Counted from the first letter of the stretch, positions 21,678 to 31,893 are shown. The stretch: DNA of 64,000 nt from Alphaproteobacteria bacterium (GCA_965261735.1 OZ253470.1:1472001-1536000), one strand, 5' to 3'. Translations and numbers: made by a program. Notes: generated by a model not told the origin, from the sequence alone.

Positions 21678-22747
21678 CTTGCCTATCCGGTTAACGCCCA
21701 TGACCGCTACATGTAGGGTGCCGCCACTCTCCCGAGTAAAGCTCGGCATAGGTTGGAGCAGAGGTGTCGCCCGCGATGCCGAGCAATGAGCGGAAGGCGT
21801 TGAACGGGTAGAACCGCCTGTTGAAGCGGAAGGTGAACTCGTTGAGGTAGGCTTGTAGGTGCTGGTGGCTAACGCCGTGGTGGATATCGATCAGCCACGT
21901 CTTCAGGTTGGCGAAAACCAGATGGATGATCGGCAGGTATTGCTCGGCAACCTCTGGATCACCACACTCGGCAACAGCGAAGTGCTCATAGCCGCGCTTA
22001 CCGAGGCCAGCATAGCCGCTCCAATCGTCAGTAACGATCAGCGATCGCGGCGCGACGGTGCTCTCGACGAACCCACAGAGCGACTCGGCGCTACGGTCGA
22101 GCACGACGGCGAGCCGAACGCGTCCGGCATAGCGTCCGTCTTTCCGGTTGTCGAGCTTGGTGCCCGGCTTTCGATGACGCACCTCGATGGCACAGGAGAC
22201 GGGAACCTTGTGGTGAACACCACGGCCTTCCCCACGCGTTCGCCCGCCAACCCAGGTTTCGTCCACCTCAACATGGTTCTTGGGCTGTCCACCGATCCTG
22301 TCTTGGTTGGGCCGCACCATGCCCGAGCGGAGCTTGTGGAGAATTTGAAAGGCCGTCTCGTAGCGCGAAAGACCAAGTTGCCGCTGAAACTGCACGGCGG
22401 ACATGCCGGGCGTCTGACTGGCGACCAGATAAGCGGCCCAGAACCAGACGTTCAGCGGAGTGTGGCTACGCTCCATCACTGTTCCCACCGTCAGCCCGGT
22501 GTTCTGGCGGCACTTGCGGCAGCGCAGGACGCCAGGGCGGTTTTCAAAGTGGAACGGCTCTCCCGCCGTGCCGCAGTGCGGGCAGGCAAAGCCGTCTCCC
22601 CAGCGGGCTTTCTCCAGGTAGGCGGCGCAGGCCGCATCATCGGGGAAAAGTCGCTGGAACTCGGGTAGCGAATGCGGGAATGGGAGATCGGCGCGGTCGA
22701 GAACATCCATGGCGCGCTCCCCTATATCCGGGTTGCGCACATTCTAG
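21678..22747 (-). mobile_element. IS1595-family element (ISSod11-like ends), copy 1, missing its left inverted repeat
   Basis: Right IR CTTGCCTATCCGGTTAACGCCCA at 21678. Identity to copy 2 stops at CTAG 22744-47. Confidence 0.9.
21691..22710 (-). CDS. IS1595-family transposase
   Basis: CPHCG...CRKC, VEVDETWVGG, TDDWSGY, LQAYLNEFTFRFNRR. Confidence 0.95.
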   Translation of the reverse strand: MDVLDRADLPFPHSLPEFQRLFPDDAACAAYLEKARWGDGFACPHCGTAGEPFHFENRPGVLRCRKCRQNTGLTVGTVMERSHTPLNVWFWAAYLVASQTPGMSAVQFQRQLGLSRYETAFQILHKLRSGMVRPNQDRIGGQPKNHVEVDETWVGGRTRGEGRGVHHKVPVSCAIEVRHRKPGTKLDNRKDGRYAGRVRLAVVLDRSAESLCGFVESTVAPRSLIVTDDWSGYAGLGKRGYEHFAVAECGDPEVAEQYLPIIHLVFANLKTWLIDIHHGVSHQHLQAYLNEFTFRFNRRFYPFNAFRSLLGIAGDTSAPTYAELYSGEWRHPTCSGHGR

Positions 22748-22765
22748 GTCTTGCTCGGCCTGGGA

Positions 22766-23848
22766 CTAGTGGATTGATTCCAACGTTTGGAACCCTCTGT
22801 TTCGTGCGGCGATGATATGATCGGGGTCGGCTTTCCAGATGAAGGGTTTTGGGTTTGCGTCATTGTATTCGCGGACAAATCGGTTGATGGCGGCCTGAAG
22901 GTCGACGACGGATTGGAAGACGCCGTATTTGAGCCTGCGCCGCGTTAGTTTGGCGAAGAAGCCCTCGACGGCATTGAGCCACGAGCACGAGGTTGGCGTG
23001 AAGTGGAAGGTCCAGCGTGGATGGCGGGCGAGCCAGGCGCGGACCTTGTCCTTCTTGTGCGCGGCGTAGTTGTCGAGGATGACGTGGACGGCCTTGTCCG
23101 TCGGCACCTCGCGCTCGATGCGGTTGAGGAAGCGGATGAACTCCTGATGGCGGTGGCGCTGCATGTTCTGTGCGATGACCGTACCGTCCAGCACGTTGAG
23201 CGCGGCGAACAGCGTCGTCGTGCCATGCCGTTTGTAATCATAGGTCATCGTACCGGCGCGGCCCTTCTTCATCGGCAAGCCGGGTTGGGTGCGGTCGAGC
23301 GCCTGGATCTGTGATTTCTCATCAACCGACAGCACCACGGCATGGGCCGGCGGATCGACATACAAGCCGACGATATCTGTGAGCTTCTCGGCGAAGGCGG
23401 GATCATTGGAGAGCTTGAAGTGCCGCCAGCGGTGCGGGCTGAGGCCATGGGCCTTCCAGATCGCTTGGACCGTCGACGCCGCGACGCCAGCAACCTTCGC
23501 CATCGCGCGCAGCGTCCAGTGGGTCGCCTCGTGCGGCGGCGCTTGCTGGGTCAGGCGGACGATCTCGGCGACGCGCTCCGGCGGGATCGGCGCTTTGCTA
23601 GGCGGACGGGACCTGTCGCGAAGCAAGCCGTTGACACCCTCGTGCATGAACCGCTCCTGCCAGCGCCAGACACAGGTCTTGGACTTGCCGGTCTCGGCCA
23701 TGATCGACGAGTTCCCGAGCCCCTCGTCGCTCTTCAGGATGATCCGCGCCCGCCAGACATGTTTCTGCGAGCTCTTCGGGTCCGCGACGATAGCTTGCAA
23801 TCGCTGACGGTCGCCAGACGTGACAGTAAAATGGATGCCGGTGCGCAT
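22766..23848 (-). CDS. IS630-family transposase
   Basis: SVDEKSQIQAL, YKRHGTTTL, ILDNYAAH, SWLNAVE; the stop codon uses the target TA. Confidence 0.95.
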   Translation of the reverse strand: MRTGIHFTVTSGDRQRLQAIVADPKSSQKHVWRARIILKSDEGLGNSSIMAETGKSKTCVWRWQERFMHEGVNGLLRDRSRPPSKAPIPPERVAEIVRLTQQAPPHEATHWTLRAMAKVAGVAASTVQAIWKAHGLSPHRWRHFKLSNDPAFAEKLTDIVGLYVDPPAHAVVLSVDEKSQIQALDRTQPGLPMKKGRAGTMTYDYKRHGTTTLFAALNVLDGTVIAQNMQRHRHQEFIRFLNRIEREVPTDKAVHVILDNYAAHKKDKVRAWLARHPRWTFHFTPTSCSWLNAVEGFFAKLTRRRLKYGVFQSVVDLQAAINRFVREYNDANPKPFIWKADPDHIIAARNRGFQTLESIH

Positions 23849-23920
23849 AGCACAGACTCGCATGACACCGCACAATACGGAATCTCAAATCGGACTCTTT
23901 CGTTCCGATCAATCCACTAG
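22766..23920 (-). mobile_element. IS630-family element, copy 1 (coordinates include the CTAG target context)
   Basis: Ends CTAGTGGATTGAT / ATCAATCCACTAG; TA duplication within CTAG; near-identical to 43351-44505. Confidence 0.95.
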
Positions 23921-24972
23921 CCAGCATCGGGTATCTTGCCCCTATGGCTCACGCGCTGCCGCTTATTGTGCAGACGCAGCAAAGGTACGTCGTCGCTGAT
24001 GACCCGGCTGTACACGAGGTGCCGCGCGGCAGCGCCTTTGATGCGGTCGGCGATCTGATCATTTCCCAGCCCAACGGGCGGTTCCGCTGCAGCAGCTCGT
24101 TGCTGGCGGGCGGTACCCACGCCCTGACCGCGGCGCACTGCGTCACCGGCCAGTCGCGCAAGGTCAACCGCAAAACCAGCGCATCGCTCACATTCGCACT
24201 GCCGGGCGGCGACCTATCGGTCGGCGTCAGCTCGATCAAGGTTCACTCCGGCTGGACCGGCGACATCCTCAACGGCAACGACCTCGCCGTCCTCAAGCTG
24301 GATTCACCGGTGAGCGCGGTCGCCGGCTACGACATCTTCCGCGGCACCGACGAGCTGGGCGGCGTGTCGGAAAAAGTGGGCTACGGGCGCAGCGGCAGCG
24401 GGCTCACCGGCGACGTGTTAGCGTCGGGCACCAAGCGCACCGGCTTCAACACCTACGACGCCACGGGCACGATCTGGGGATTTTCCGATTCCCAGCTACA
24501 CTACGATTTCGATGACGGCACCGCCGGCCATGACGGGTTCGGCTTCTACTTCGACCTCGCCCACCTCGGCCTCGGCGACGACGAAGTAATGTCGGCGCCG
24601 GGCGACTCCGGCGGCCCGACCTTCATCGACGGTCTGATCGCCGGCATCACCTCCTACGGCTACCGCCTCGCCGGCACCGATATCGACGGCGTGCTCAACA
24701 GTACCTTCGGCGAATTCGGCGCCGACACCCGCGTCTCCTCCTTCGCCTCGTGGATCGATGGCATTGTCAGCGAGACCGGTAAGCCGCCCAAAGGCGGCGG
24801 AAAGCCCCCAAAGGGCAAAGGGCCAAAGTCGACAGCCTTGGCCCAGATTGCCTTTGACGACCCAGTCCAGGCCCCCGAGCCCGCCACACTTGTCCTGTTT
24901 GGCGTCGGCCTCGGCGGACTCGGCCTGCTCCTGCGTCGCCGCCGGCTCGGCTGAGCCGACCCGCGCGGGTTC

Positions 24973-25479
24973 TCAAGGCCGCGCGGGCGCCCCATTCCCC
25001 GTCGCGGCAAAATACTCGCCGGCCAGCATCGACATGACGGCGGCCGAGCGAAACGCGCCGCCGCGAATCGCCACGTCGCGCAAAATCCCCTCCTCGGTAA
25101 AGCCGAGCCCTCGGTACACGTGGCGGGCGCGCGCGTTGTCGGCGAACACCGTGAGCCAGAAGCGGTGCGCGCCCTCGTCCTCGAACACCGCCCTTAACAG
25201 CCCGCGCATGGCGCGCTTGCCGTGGCCGCGGCCGGGCTCCGCCATCACGATGCGCTTGAGCTCGACGCCCCTGTGGGGCGAGGATAATCCGCGCAGCATG
25301 GCGTAGCCTCGGCGCGCCCCGCCGTCGTCCTCGAAGATGAGATAGCGGTAGTCGGGGTCGGCCAGATAGCGCGCGTGCTCGTCGCGGGTCGAGGGGACGA
25401 TGAAGTCCTGGAACTCCTCGCGCGCCTCCTGGTCGAGAATGAAATCGACATCACGGGTCGCGCCCGGGCGAAGTGTCAT
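24973..25479 (-). CDS. GNAT N-acetyltransferase
   Basis: PGRGHGK, NARARHVYRGLGFTEEG. Confidence 0.88.
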   Translation of the reverse strand: MTLRPGATRDVDFILDQEAREEFQDFIVPSTRDEHARYLADPDYRYLIFEDDGGARRGYAMLRGLSSPHRGVELKRIVMAEPGRGHGKRAMRGLLRAVFEDEGAHRFWLTVFADNARARHVYRGLGFTEEGILRDVAIRGGAFRSAAVMSMLAGEYFAATGNGAPARP

Positions 25480-25531
25480 GCGGCACCGAGGCGCTACGGC
25501 CGAGCGTGCAGCGCGAGACAAGGGCGCCGCA

Positions 25532-26257
25532 TCAGTAGTAGATGTACGTCATCCACTGGCGATAGAGCAGCTCGCTGGTGTGAGCGACGGCGAAGCGAAC
25601 GCCGTTTTGCTCCTCGACCGTGGTCGCGTATCGCGCGAAAGCAGTCGGTCCCATCGAGCCGTGCTCCTCCTCCACGTCCGAGGCGTGGACCGCGATGGAC
25701 AGGACCTCCGCCTCGCTCAACCCGTACTTCTGGCGCAGCGACTTTTCGATGCGCGAAAAGCACCTCGGGTTGATGCGCTCGGCGGAAAACGAGGTCGCGG
25801 CGACTGCCTCGACGAAGGGGCGCTGCGTCATCACGAGCTCGAACCAATGGGCGAGCGCCCAGGTTTCTTGCTTGACCTCCTCGGTGGCGCGGCGCTCGGG
25901 GGTCCAGCCGAGCGCGCTGAACGTGGACTCGAAAAGCCCGATGTGACCCTGCGTACCGGAGTACGTGCCGTGCTCCTCTTCCAGCATGTTGTCGAGCACC
26001 ATGCGGCGCAGGTCCTCGTCGGCGGCGCGCGCGTACATGGCGCCGAACAGATAGTTGGTCGGATTGGCCCACGAGGTGATCTGAAAAATCCAGCCGGCAA
26101 TCTGCTCGCGCGTGAGCTCGCCCTTCTCGATCCCGACAATCAGCGGATGCTCGAGCCGATTGCGGCCCGGCGATCCGAGAATGACTTCAAGCTCGGCGAT
26201 CAGGTCGGGCGTGCTCAGGGGGGCCTCGCCTTCCGCCGCCAGCACCGGTGCCGCCAT
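25532..26257 (-). CDS. Heme-oxygenase-like iron redox enzyme (TenA/PqqC/CADD-like)
   Basis: HPL, NMLEEEHG...H, E, HASDVEEEHG di-iron-type ligand pattern; GGAGGAG RBS. Confidence 0.8.
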   Translation of the reverse strand: MAAPVLAAEGEAPLSTPDLIAELEVILGSPGRNRLEHPLIVGIEKGELTREQIAGWIFQITSWANPTNYLFGAMYARAADEDLRRMVLDNMLEEEHGTYSGTQGHIGLFESTFSALGWTPERRATEEVKQETWALAHWFELVMTQRPFVEAVAATSFSAERINPRCFSRIEKSLRQKYGLSEAEVLSIAVHASDVEEEHGSMGPTAFARYATTVEEQNGVRFAVAHTSELLYRQWMTYIYY

Positions 26258-26433
26258 GGCCGTCTCCTCCGCCAAGGGATCGTGCCGCCGCCCCGCGCGG
26301 CGGTGCCCAACGCTCGTGCGATTGTCTCGCGCCCGCCAGAACCCGTCAACGCCGCGCTCTCGCGGGCGCCGTAGGCGGGCGGTCGATGGCTGCGCTAAGA
26401 TGAGCGGGCCGTTGGAGATACGGGGGATAGAGG

Positions 26434-27425
26434 ATGCGGACACTCCTGGTCGTCGTTGCCGCCGTGGTCGCCGCGCTGATCGTTGCCGCTGGCGGCTTTG
26501 CGCTCGTCGTCACATTCGCCTTCCCACGCGTCGCGCCGGCCTCCGACGTCGCCATCGAGCGCACGCCGGAGCGCCTCGCGCGCGGACGCTACCTGGCCGA
26601 GAACGTCATGGGCTGCATCGGCTGCCATTCACCGCGAATGGAGGACCGCTATTCCTTCCCGCGCGGGAGGGCACCGAGGGCGCCGGCGGCTTTGTTTTTA
26701 GCCGCAGCATGGGCCTGCCCGGAAACATCGTGACCAAGAACATCACACCCCATGCCCTCGGTGATTGGAGCGACGGGGAAGTCGTGCAGGCCATAGCCGT
26801 CGGGGTATCGAGGGACGGCGAGCCGCTGTTCCCGATCATGCCCTACCCGGGCTATAGAACGCTCGACCAGCGGGACGTCTATGCCGTCGTCGCCTACCTC
26901 AGGACGCTGGCGCCGGTTGCCAACGACGTGGCGCCCCGGGATCTCGACTTCCCGGTCGGCCTGATGATCCGCTTTGTGCCCGCGGACGCCGCGTTCTCGA
27001 CCCGGCCAGAGCCGTCCGATGGCGTGGCCTACGGCCGCTACATGGCGACGGCAGGCGGCTGCCGCGAGTGCCACACCCGCATCGATTCGCGGGGCAAGGA
27101 GATCGGCGAGCCGTTCGCCGGCGGCAGCGAGTTTCCCGACCCGCGCGGGGGAGGAGTTGCCCGGTCGGCCAACATCACGCCGGACGAGGGTACCGGCATC
27201 GGCGGCTGGAGCCGCGATGAATTCATCGAACGCTTCAAGGCCAACACCAAGGCCGACTACCGGCAGATGATGGTGGCGCGGGGCGAGCCCAACACGCCGA
27301 TGCCGTGGTGGGAGTACGCGGGCATGACCCGCGAGGACTTGGGCGCGATCTACGATTATCTGCGGACGGTAGCGCCGGTGCGCGGCGAAGTCGTTACCTT
27401 CGAGGCCAAGCCGGCGGCGAATTGA
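26434..27425 (+). pseudogene. Membrane-anchored diheme cytochrome c with a -1 frameshift at the C-run 26658-26660
   Basis: RGRYLA..CIGCH in one frame; NITP, MPY, CRECH, MPW in the next frame. One extra C restores YSFPAREGTEGAGG. May be a sequencing error. Confidence 0.82.
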
Positions 27426-27465
27426 CGCAAACCGTGCGGCGAGTTGCTGGGGGACCCGGCGCCAT

Positions 27466-29538
27466 ATGACCCATCGCATCGGCATCGACGTCGGCGGCAC
27501 CTTCACCGATTTCCTCGTCATCGATGACGACGGCAGCAATTGGATTGGCAAATCGCCGACCACGCCGGCGAGCCCTTCCGAGGGTGTCTTTGCGGGCCTC
27601 GAGACGCTGGCGGGCGAGCGCGGCCGTACGCTGGCCCAGTTCCTCGCCGACACCCGGACCATCGTCCACGGCACCACCATCGCCACCAATGCCGTGCTAA
27701 CCGGCCGCGGCGCCAGAGTCGGGTTCGTCACCACCGAGGGCTTCCGCGACCTTCTCAATATGCGCCGTGGCCTCAGCGAGAGCCGCTACGACTGGAAGCG
27801 CAGCCCGCCACCGCCGCTGGTGCGGCGCCACCTCATCGCCCCGGTGCGCGAGCGCATCGACGTGGGCGGCGAGGTCGTCGTGGGCCTGAACGAGGACGAC
27901 GTGCGCGCGGCGGCGCGGCTGTTCCGCGACGAGGGAATCGAATCGGTCGCGGTTTCCTTCCTCTGGTCCTTCCTCAACCCGAGCCACGAGCAGCGTGCCG
28001 CCGAGATCCTGAGGGTCGAGCTCGGGGAGGTGTACCTATCGCTGTCGAGCGAAGTGCTGCCGCAGATCCGCGCCTACGAGCGCCACAGCACAACAGCGCT
28101 GAACGCACTGGTCGGCCCCACGCTGGCGCGCTATCTCGAGGCGTTACAGGGCGGCCTCACCGAGCGCGGCTTCGCCGGCACGCTGTTCATCATGCAGTCG
28201 AACGGCGGTGTCATGGCGCCCGAGGTGGCCACTCGCTTCGCCGTGAACACGCTGCTGTCGGGCCCCGCCGCGGGTCCGGTCGCAGGCATTCACTACGCCG
28301 GCGCGCACGGCTTCGACGACATCATCACGATCGACATGGGCGGAACAAGCTTCGATGTCGCGCTGGTGCGCGGCCGGGCGCCGAACACGACCACGGAGGC
28401 ACAGCTCGGCGGATACCACGTCGGCGTCCCCATGCTCGACATCCATACGGTGGGGGCCGGCGGCGGGTCCGTGGCCCGAGTTGACGCGGGCGGTATCCTG
28501 CATGTCGGGCCCGACAGCGCCGGCGCCGACCCCGGCCCGGCGTGCTACGGCCGGGGCGGCACGCAACCGACGGTGACCGACGCCGACCTCGTGCTCGGCT
28601 ATCTCGGACCGGACACCTTCGCCGGCGGCCAGCTCACTCTTGACGTCACCGCGGCCGAGCGCGCCATCCGTGAAGCGGTCGCCAACCCCCTCGGTATCGA
28701 CTTGATCGACGCGGCGCACGGCGTCTACCGTATCGCCAATACGGTGATGGCCGAGGCGGTGAAGGTGATGTCGGTGCAGCGCGGCGACGATCCGCGGAAC
28801 TTCGCCCTCATCGTGGCGGGCGGTGCGGGCCCGATTCACGCGGGCCCGATCGCCGGCGAGCTCGGTATCGAAACCCTCCTCATCCCGCGCGAGTCCTCCG
28901 TCTTCTGCGCCGCCGGCATGCTGTTATCCGATCTCAAGCATGCGTTCGTGCGCACCCATGCCGTCGAGCTGAGCGAGATCGACGCCGCGCGAGCGGGACA
29001 AATCCTCGATGAGATGCGGGCCGAGGCGCACGCGACCTTCGAGCGCGAGGGCGTCGCGCCCCATTCGGTGGCGCTGCGCTTCTCGGCCGAGCTGCGCTAT
29101 GTCGGGCAGTTCAACGAGGTCGAGGTCGAGGCCTTCGACGGCGGGATCGTCAACGCGGCGGCCATCGCCGATATGACCGCTGCGTTTCACCTGCGACATG
29201 ACACGCTTTTTGGCTACGCCATGGCGGACGCCGACGTCGAGCTCATCAACATCAGGCTCACCGCCTCGAGCGAAACGGCCAAGCCGTCCCTGCGCGCGCT
29301 GGCCGCGTCCGACGAAGATCCCGCGCACGCGTGCCGCACCCGCCGCGCCGCCTACTTCGAGGGCGGCTTCCGTGAGGTCGACGTCTTCGATGGATTGAAG
29401 CTCGCCGCCGGCAATCGCGTGCCGGGCCCGGCGATCGTCGAGCAGCCGACCACGACGATCGTCATCCCGCCCGCCTATGACATGATCTGCAACCGCTTCG
29501 GCAACTACATGATGAACGCCACGAGGCCCACGCCATGA
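27466..29538 (+). CDS. Hydantoinase/oxoprolinase subunit A
   Basis: IDVGGTFTD, HGTTIATNA, SGPAAG, DMGGTSFD, GAGGGS, SAGADPGPACY. Confidence 0.93.
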   Translation: MTHRIGIDVGGTFTDFLVIDDDGSNWIGKSPTTPASPSEGVFAGLETLAGERGRTLAQFLADTRTIVHGTTIATNAVLTGRGARVGFVTTEGFRDLLNMRRGLSESRYDWKRSPPPPLVRRHLIAPVRERIDVGGEVVVGLNEDDVRAAARLFRDEGIESVAVSFLWSFLNPSHEQRAAEILRVELGEVYLSLSSEVLPQIRAYERHSTTALNALVGPTLARYLEALQGGLTERGFAGTLFIMQSNGGVMAPEVATRFAVNTLLSGPAAGPVAGIHYAGAHGFDDIITIDMGGTSFDVALVRGRAPNTTTEAQLGGYHVGVPMLDIHTVGAGGGSVARVDAGGILHVGPDSAGADPGPACYGRGGTQPTVTDADLVLGYLGPDTFAGGQLTLDVTAAERAIREAVANPLGIDLIDAAHGVYRIANTVMAEAVKVMSVQRGDDPRNFALIVAGGAGPIHAGPIAGELGIETLLIPRESSVFCAAGMLLSDLKHAFVRTHAVELSEIDAARAGQILDEMRAEAHATFEREGVAPHSVALRFSAELRYVGQFNEVEVEAFDGGIVNAAAIADMTAAFHLRHDTLFGYAMADADVELINIRLTASSETAKPSLRALAASDEDPAHACRTRRAAYFEGGFREVDVFDGLKLAAGNRVPGPAIVEQPTTTIVIPPAYDMICNRFGNYMMNATRPTP

Positions 29539-31316
29539 TGCGCGACGACCCGCTCGCCAACACCAACGACGAGAGAATCAATCCGGTACTGGTCGCCGTT
29601 ATCGGCAACCGGTTCGATGCCGTCACGCGCGAGATGGGCGAGACCATGCTGCGCACGTCGCGCTCGCCGGTGTTCGCCGAGGCGCGCGATTTCGTCACCT
29701 CGTTGTTCGACGGCGACTGCGGCCTAATCGCCCAGACGCTCTACAACCCGGCTCTCTACGGCTCGACCCCGTTCGGGCAGCGGGCGATCGCCGACGCGTT
29801 CGTGGGCGACATCAACGAGGGCGACGTATTCATCCTCAACGATCCCTTTCGCGGCAACAACCACCCGCCCGACGTGAACATCTGCAAGCCCGTGTTCTGG
29901 AACGGCGGGCTCAAGTTCTGGGTCATGGCCAAGGGCCATCAGGCCGACATCGGCGGCGGCGGGGTCACGGGCTACAACCCGCTCGCCCGCGACGTGTGGG
30001 AGGAGGGCCTGCGCATCCCGCCGGCCAAGCTCGTCGACCGCGGCCGGCTGCGCCACGATTTGTGGGAGATGATCCTCATGAACGTGCGCCTCCGCTTCCT
30101 CGTCGAGGGCGACCTCTCCTGCCAGATGGGGGCGGCGACGCTCGGCGAGCGCGGCGTGCTCGCGCTCCTCGAGGAGTTCGGCGCGCCCGTGCTGGATGCC
30201 GCCGTCGCGGCGCTCAATACCGCGAGCGAACGGCAGATGCGGGCCGACATCGCAAACATTCCCGATGGCATCTACGAGGCCGAGCGCGAGATCGACCACA
30301 ACGGCTTCGCCCGCAACCGCATGCTGAAGGTCAAGGTCGCTATCACCGTCACGGGGGAGGACATCGCCTTCGACCTCGCCGGCAGCGACGACCAGGCGCT
30401 CGGCTTCATGAATAGCTCCTACGCCAACACCGTCGCCTCGGTCCACCAGGCCCTGTGCACCGCCATCAACTCGGGCGTGCGCTACAACGACGGCGCGGTG
30501 CGACCGATCGCGGTGAGCGCCCCCGCCGGCAGCATCGTCAACGCCAAAGAGCCCGCGGCGACCACGGGATGCACCGTGCCGACGCTGGAAGCGATCCAGG
30601 ATGCCGTGTGGCTCGCGCTGGCGGACGCGATCCCCGATCTCGTGCCGGCCGGCTGGGCGCGCTGGTACGCGCCGGCGACCGGTGGGCTCAACCCGCGCAC
30701 CGGGCGCCATTTCGCCGAGATCCACTTCATGGCCAAGGGCGGCGGCGGCGCCACGCGCGGCTATGACGGCTGGGACCATATCGCCCCGCCCGTCGCGCTC
30801 GGCGGCCTGCGTGCGCCCGATCCCGAGCTCCACGAGCTCGTCGATCCCTATCTCGTGCTCGAATGCCAGTACCTGCCGGACAGCGCCGGCGCCGGTGAAT
30901 GGCGCGGCGGTCTCGGCGTGCGCTATCGCTGGCGGGTGCTGGCCGACGACATCCGCCTCGCGAGCTTCGGCAGCGGCCTGCGCGATTCCACGGCGCCCTT
31001 CGGGCTCGCCGGCGGCCTGGGCGCGGCCCCCAACAGCGCCATCATCCATCGCGCCGACGGCACCAGCGAGGTGCTCGACACCAACGCCATGGGCACGCTC
31101 GGCGCCGGCGACGAGGTCGAGATCATCGCCACCGGCGGCGGCGGCTTCGGCGATCCGCGCCGCAGGCCGGTGGACAAGGTGCTGGCCGACGTGCGCGACG
31201 GCGTCGTGTCGGAGAAGCGTGCGCGCGAGGACTACGGCGTCATCATCGATCCCGAGAGCGGCGAGGTCGACGAGGCCGCCACGCGGGCGTCGCGGGCGTC
31301 GCGGGCGTCGACGTAG
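29535..31316 (+). CDS. Hydantoinase B/oxoprolinase subunit
   Basis: NDPFRGNNHPPD, HQADIGG, EGLRIPP, SAGAGEWRGG, GGGGFGDP. Confidence 0.93.
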   Translation: MMRDDPLANTNDERINPVLVAVIGNRFDAVTREMGETMLRTSRSPVFAEARDFVTSLFDGDCGLIAQTLYNPALYGSTPFGQRAIADAFVGDINEGDVFILNDPFRGNNHPPDVNICKPVFWNGGLKFWVMAKGHQADIGGGGVTGYNPLARDVWEEGLRIPPAKLVDRGRLRHDLWEMILMNVRLRFLVEGDLSCQMGAATLGERGVLALLEEFGAPVLDAAVAALNTASERQMRADIANIPDGIYEAEREIDHNGFARNRMLKVKVAITVTGEDIAFDLAGSDDQALGFMNSSYANTVASVHQALCTAINSGVRYNDGAVRPIAVSAPAGSIVNAKEPAATTGCTVPTLEAIQDAVWLALADAIPDLVPAGWARWYAPATGGLNPRTGRHFAEIHFMAKGGGGATRGYDGWDHIAPPVALGGLRAPDPELHELVDPYLVLECQYLPDSAGAGEWRGGLGVRYRWRVLADDIRLASFGSGLRDSTAPFGLAGGLGAAPNSAIIHRADGTSEVLDTNAMGTLGAGDEVEIIATGGGGFGDPRRRPVDKVLADVRDGVVSEKRAREDYGVIIDPESGEVDEAATRASRASRAST

Positions 31317-31335
31317 CGTTCCATGGGGCCGTCCG

Positions 31336-31872
31336 ATGCTCGATGATCTTGCTCCGGGCGAGGTGCGCGAGGTGGAGCTTCTCGTCGCCTTCTTCGATAT
31401 CGCCGGGTTCGCGCGGCACGCGCGCAGCCATAGCGCTCGCACGATCTTCGATATTTGCGCCCGGTATTTCGAGCGCGCGGGCGACATCATCGAGGAAGGC
31501 GGCGGCCGGCTCATCAAGACGATCGGCGACGCGGGCCTCGTCCTCTTCGACGATGCCGAGCCCGGGATCGCCGCATTGCGCACCCTGCAGACAGAAGCCG
31601 AAGCCTGGCTCGTCGAGCAGGGCTGGCAGGTGCGGATCCTCGTCAAAGCGCACTACGGGCCGGTGGCGTGCGGGTTCATGGGCCCGCACGGCGACAAGCG
31701 CCTCGACGTCTACGGTGAGACCGTGAACATGGCCGCCCTGGTGGCGCCGCGCGACCACGGCTTCGCGATGACGCCCGAGGTCTTTCGCCGGCTGAGCCCC
31801 GCGACGCAGAGGCTCTACACGGAACGCACCCCACCCATCGTCTACGTGCCCCTCGAGGCGGGCGAAGCCTGA
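31336..31872 (+). CDS. Stand-alone class III adenylate/guanylate cyclase domain protein
   Basis: FFDIAGF, IKTIGDA, DVYGETVNMAA. Confidence 0.85.
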   Translation: MLDDLAPGEVREVELLVAFFDIAGFARHARSHSARTIFDICARYFERAGDIIEEGGGRLIKTIGDAGLVLFDDAEPGIAALRTLQTEAEAWLVEQGWQVRILVKAHYGPVACGFMGPHGDKRLDVYGETVNMAALVAPRDHGFAMTPEVFRRLSPATQRLYTERTPPIVYVPLEAGEA

Positions 31873-31893
31873 GCCAGCTCGCTTAGATCGAGA

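Larger units (their letters stand above)
21668..24954 (+). pseudogene. PEP-CTERM-anchored trypsin-like serine protease with its signal peptide interrupted by two IS elements (mature part 23944-24954 intact)
   Basis: TAAHC, NDLAVLKL, GDSGGP; C-terminal APEPATLVLFGVGLGGLGLLLRRRR. ATG-AAG-AAA at 21668. Joining 22748-22765 to 23917 onward reads VLLGLG-LASIGYLAPMAHA in frame. Confidence 0.8.

Noticed and set aside
31282-31310. CGCGGGCGT x3 tandem repeat
   Set aside because: Short in-frame slippage repeat at the end of the hydantoinase B gene (RAS x3); no spacers, not an array.
29724-31646. Long antisense ORFs (e.g. 29724..31646, 54218..56311, 56037..57581, 15943..17523, 13002..14342)
   Set aside because: Stop-poor shadow frames typical of high-GC DNA, opposite well-supported genes and without recognisable motifs.
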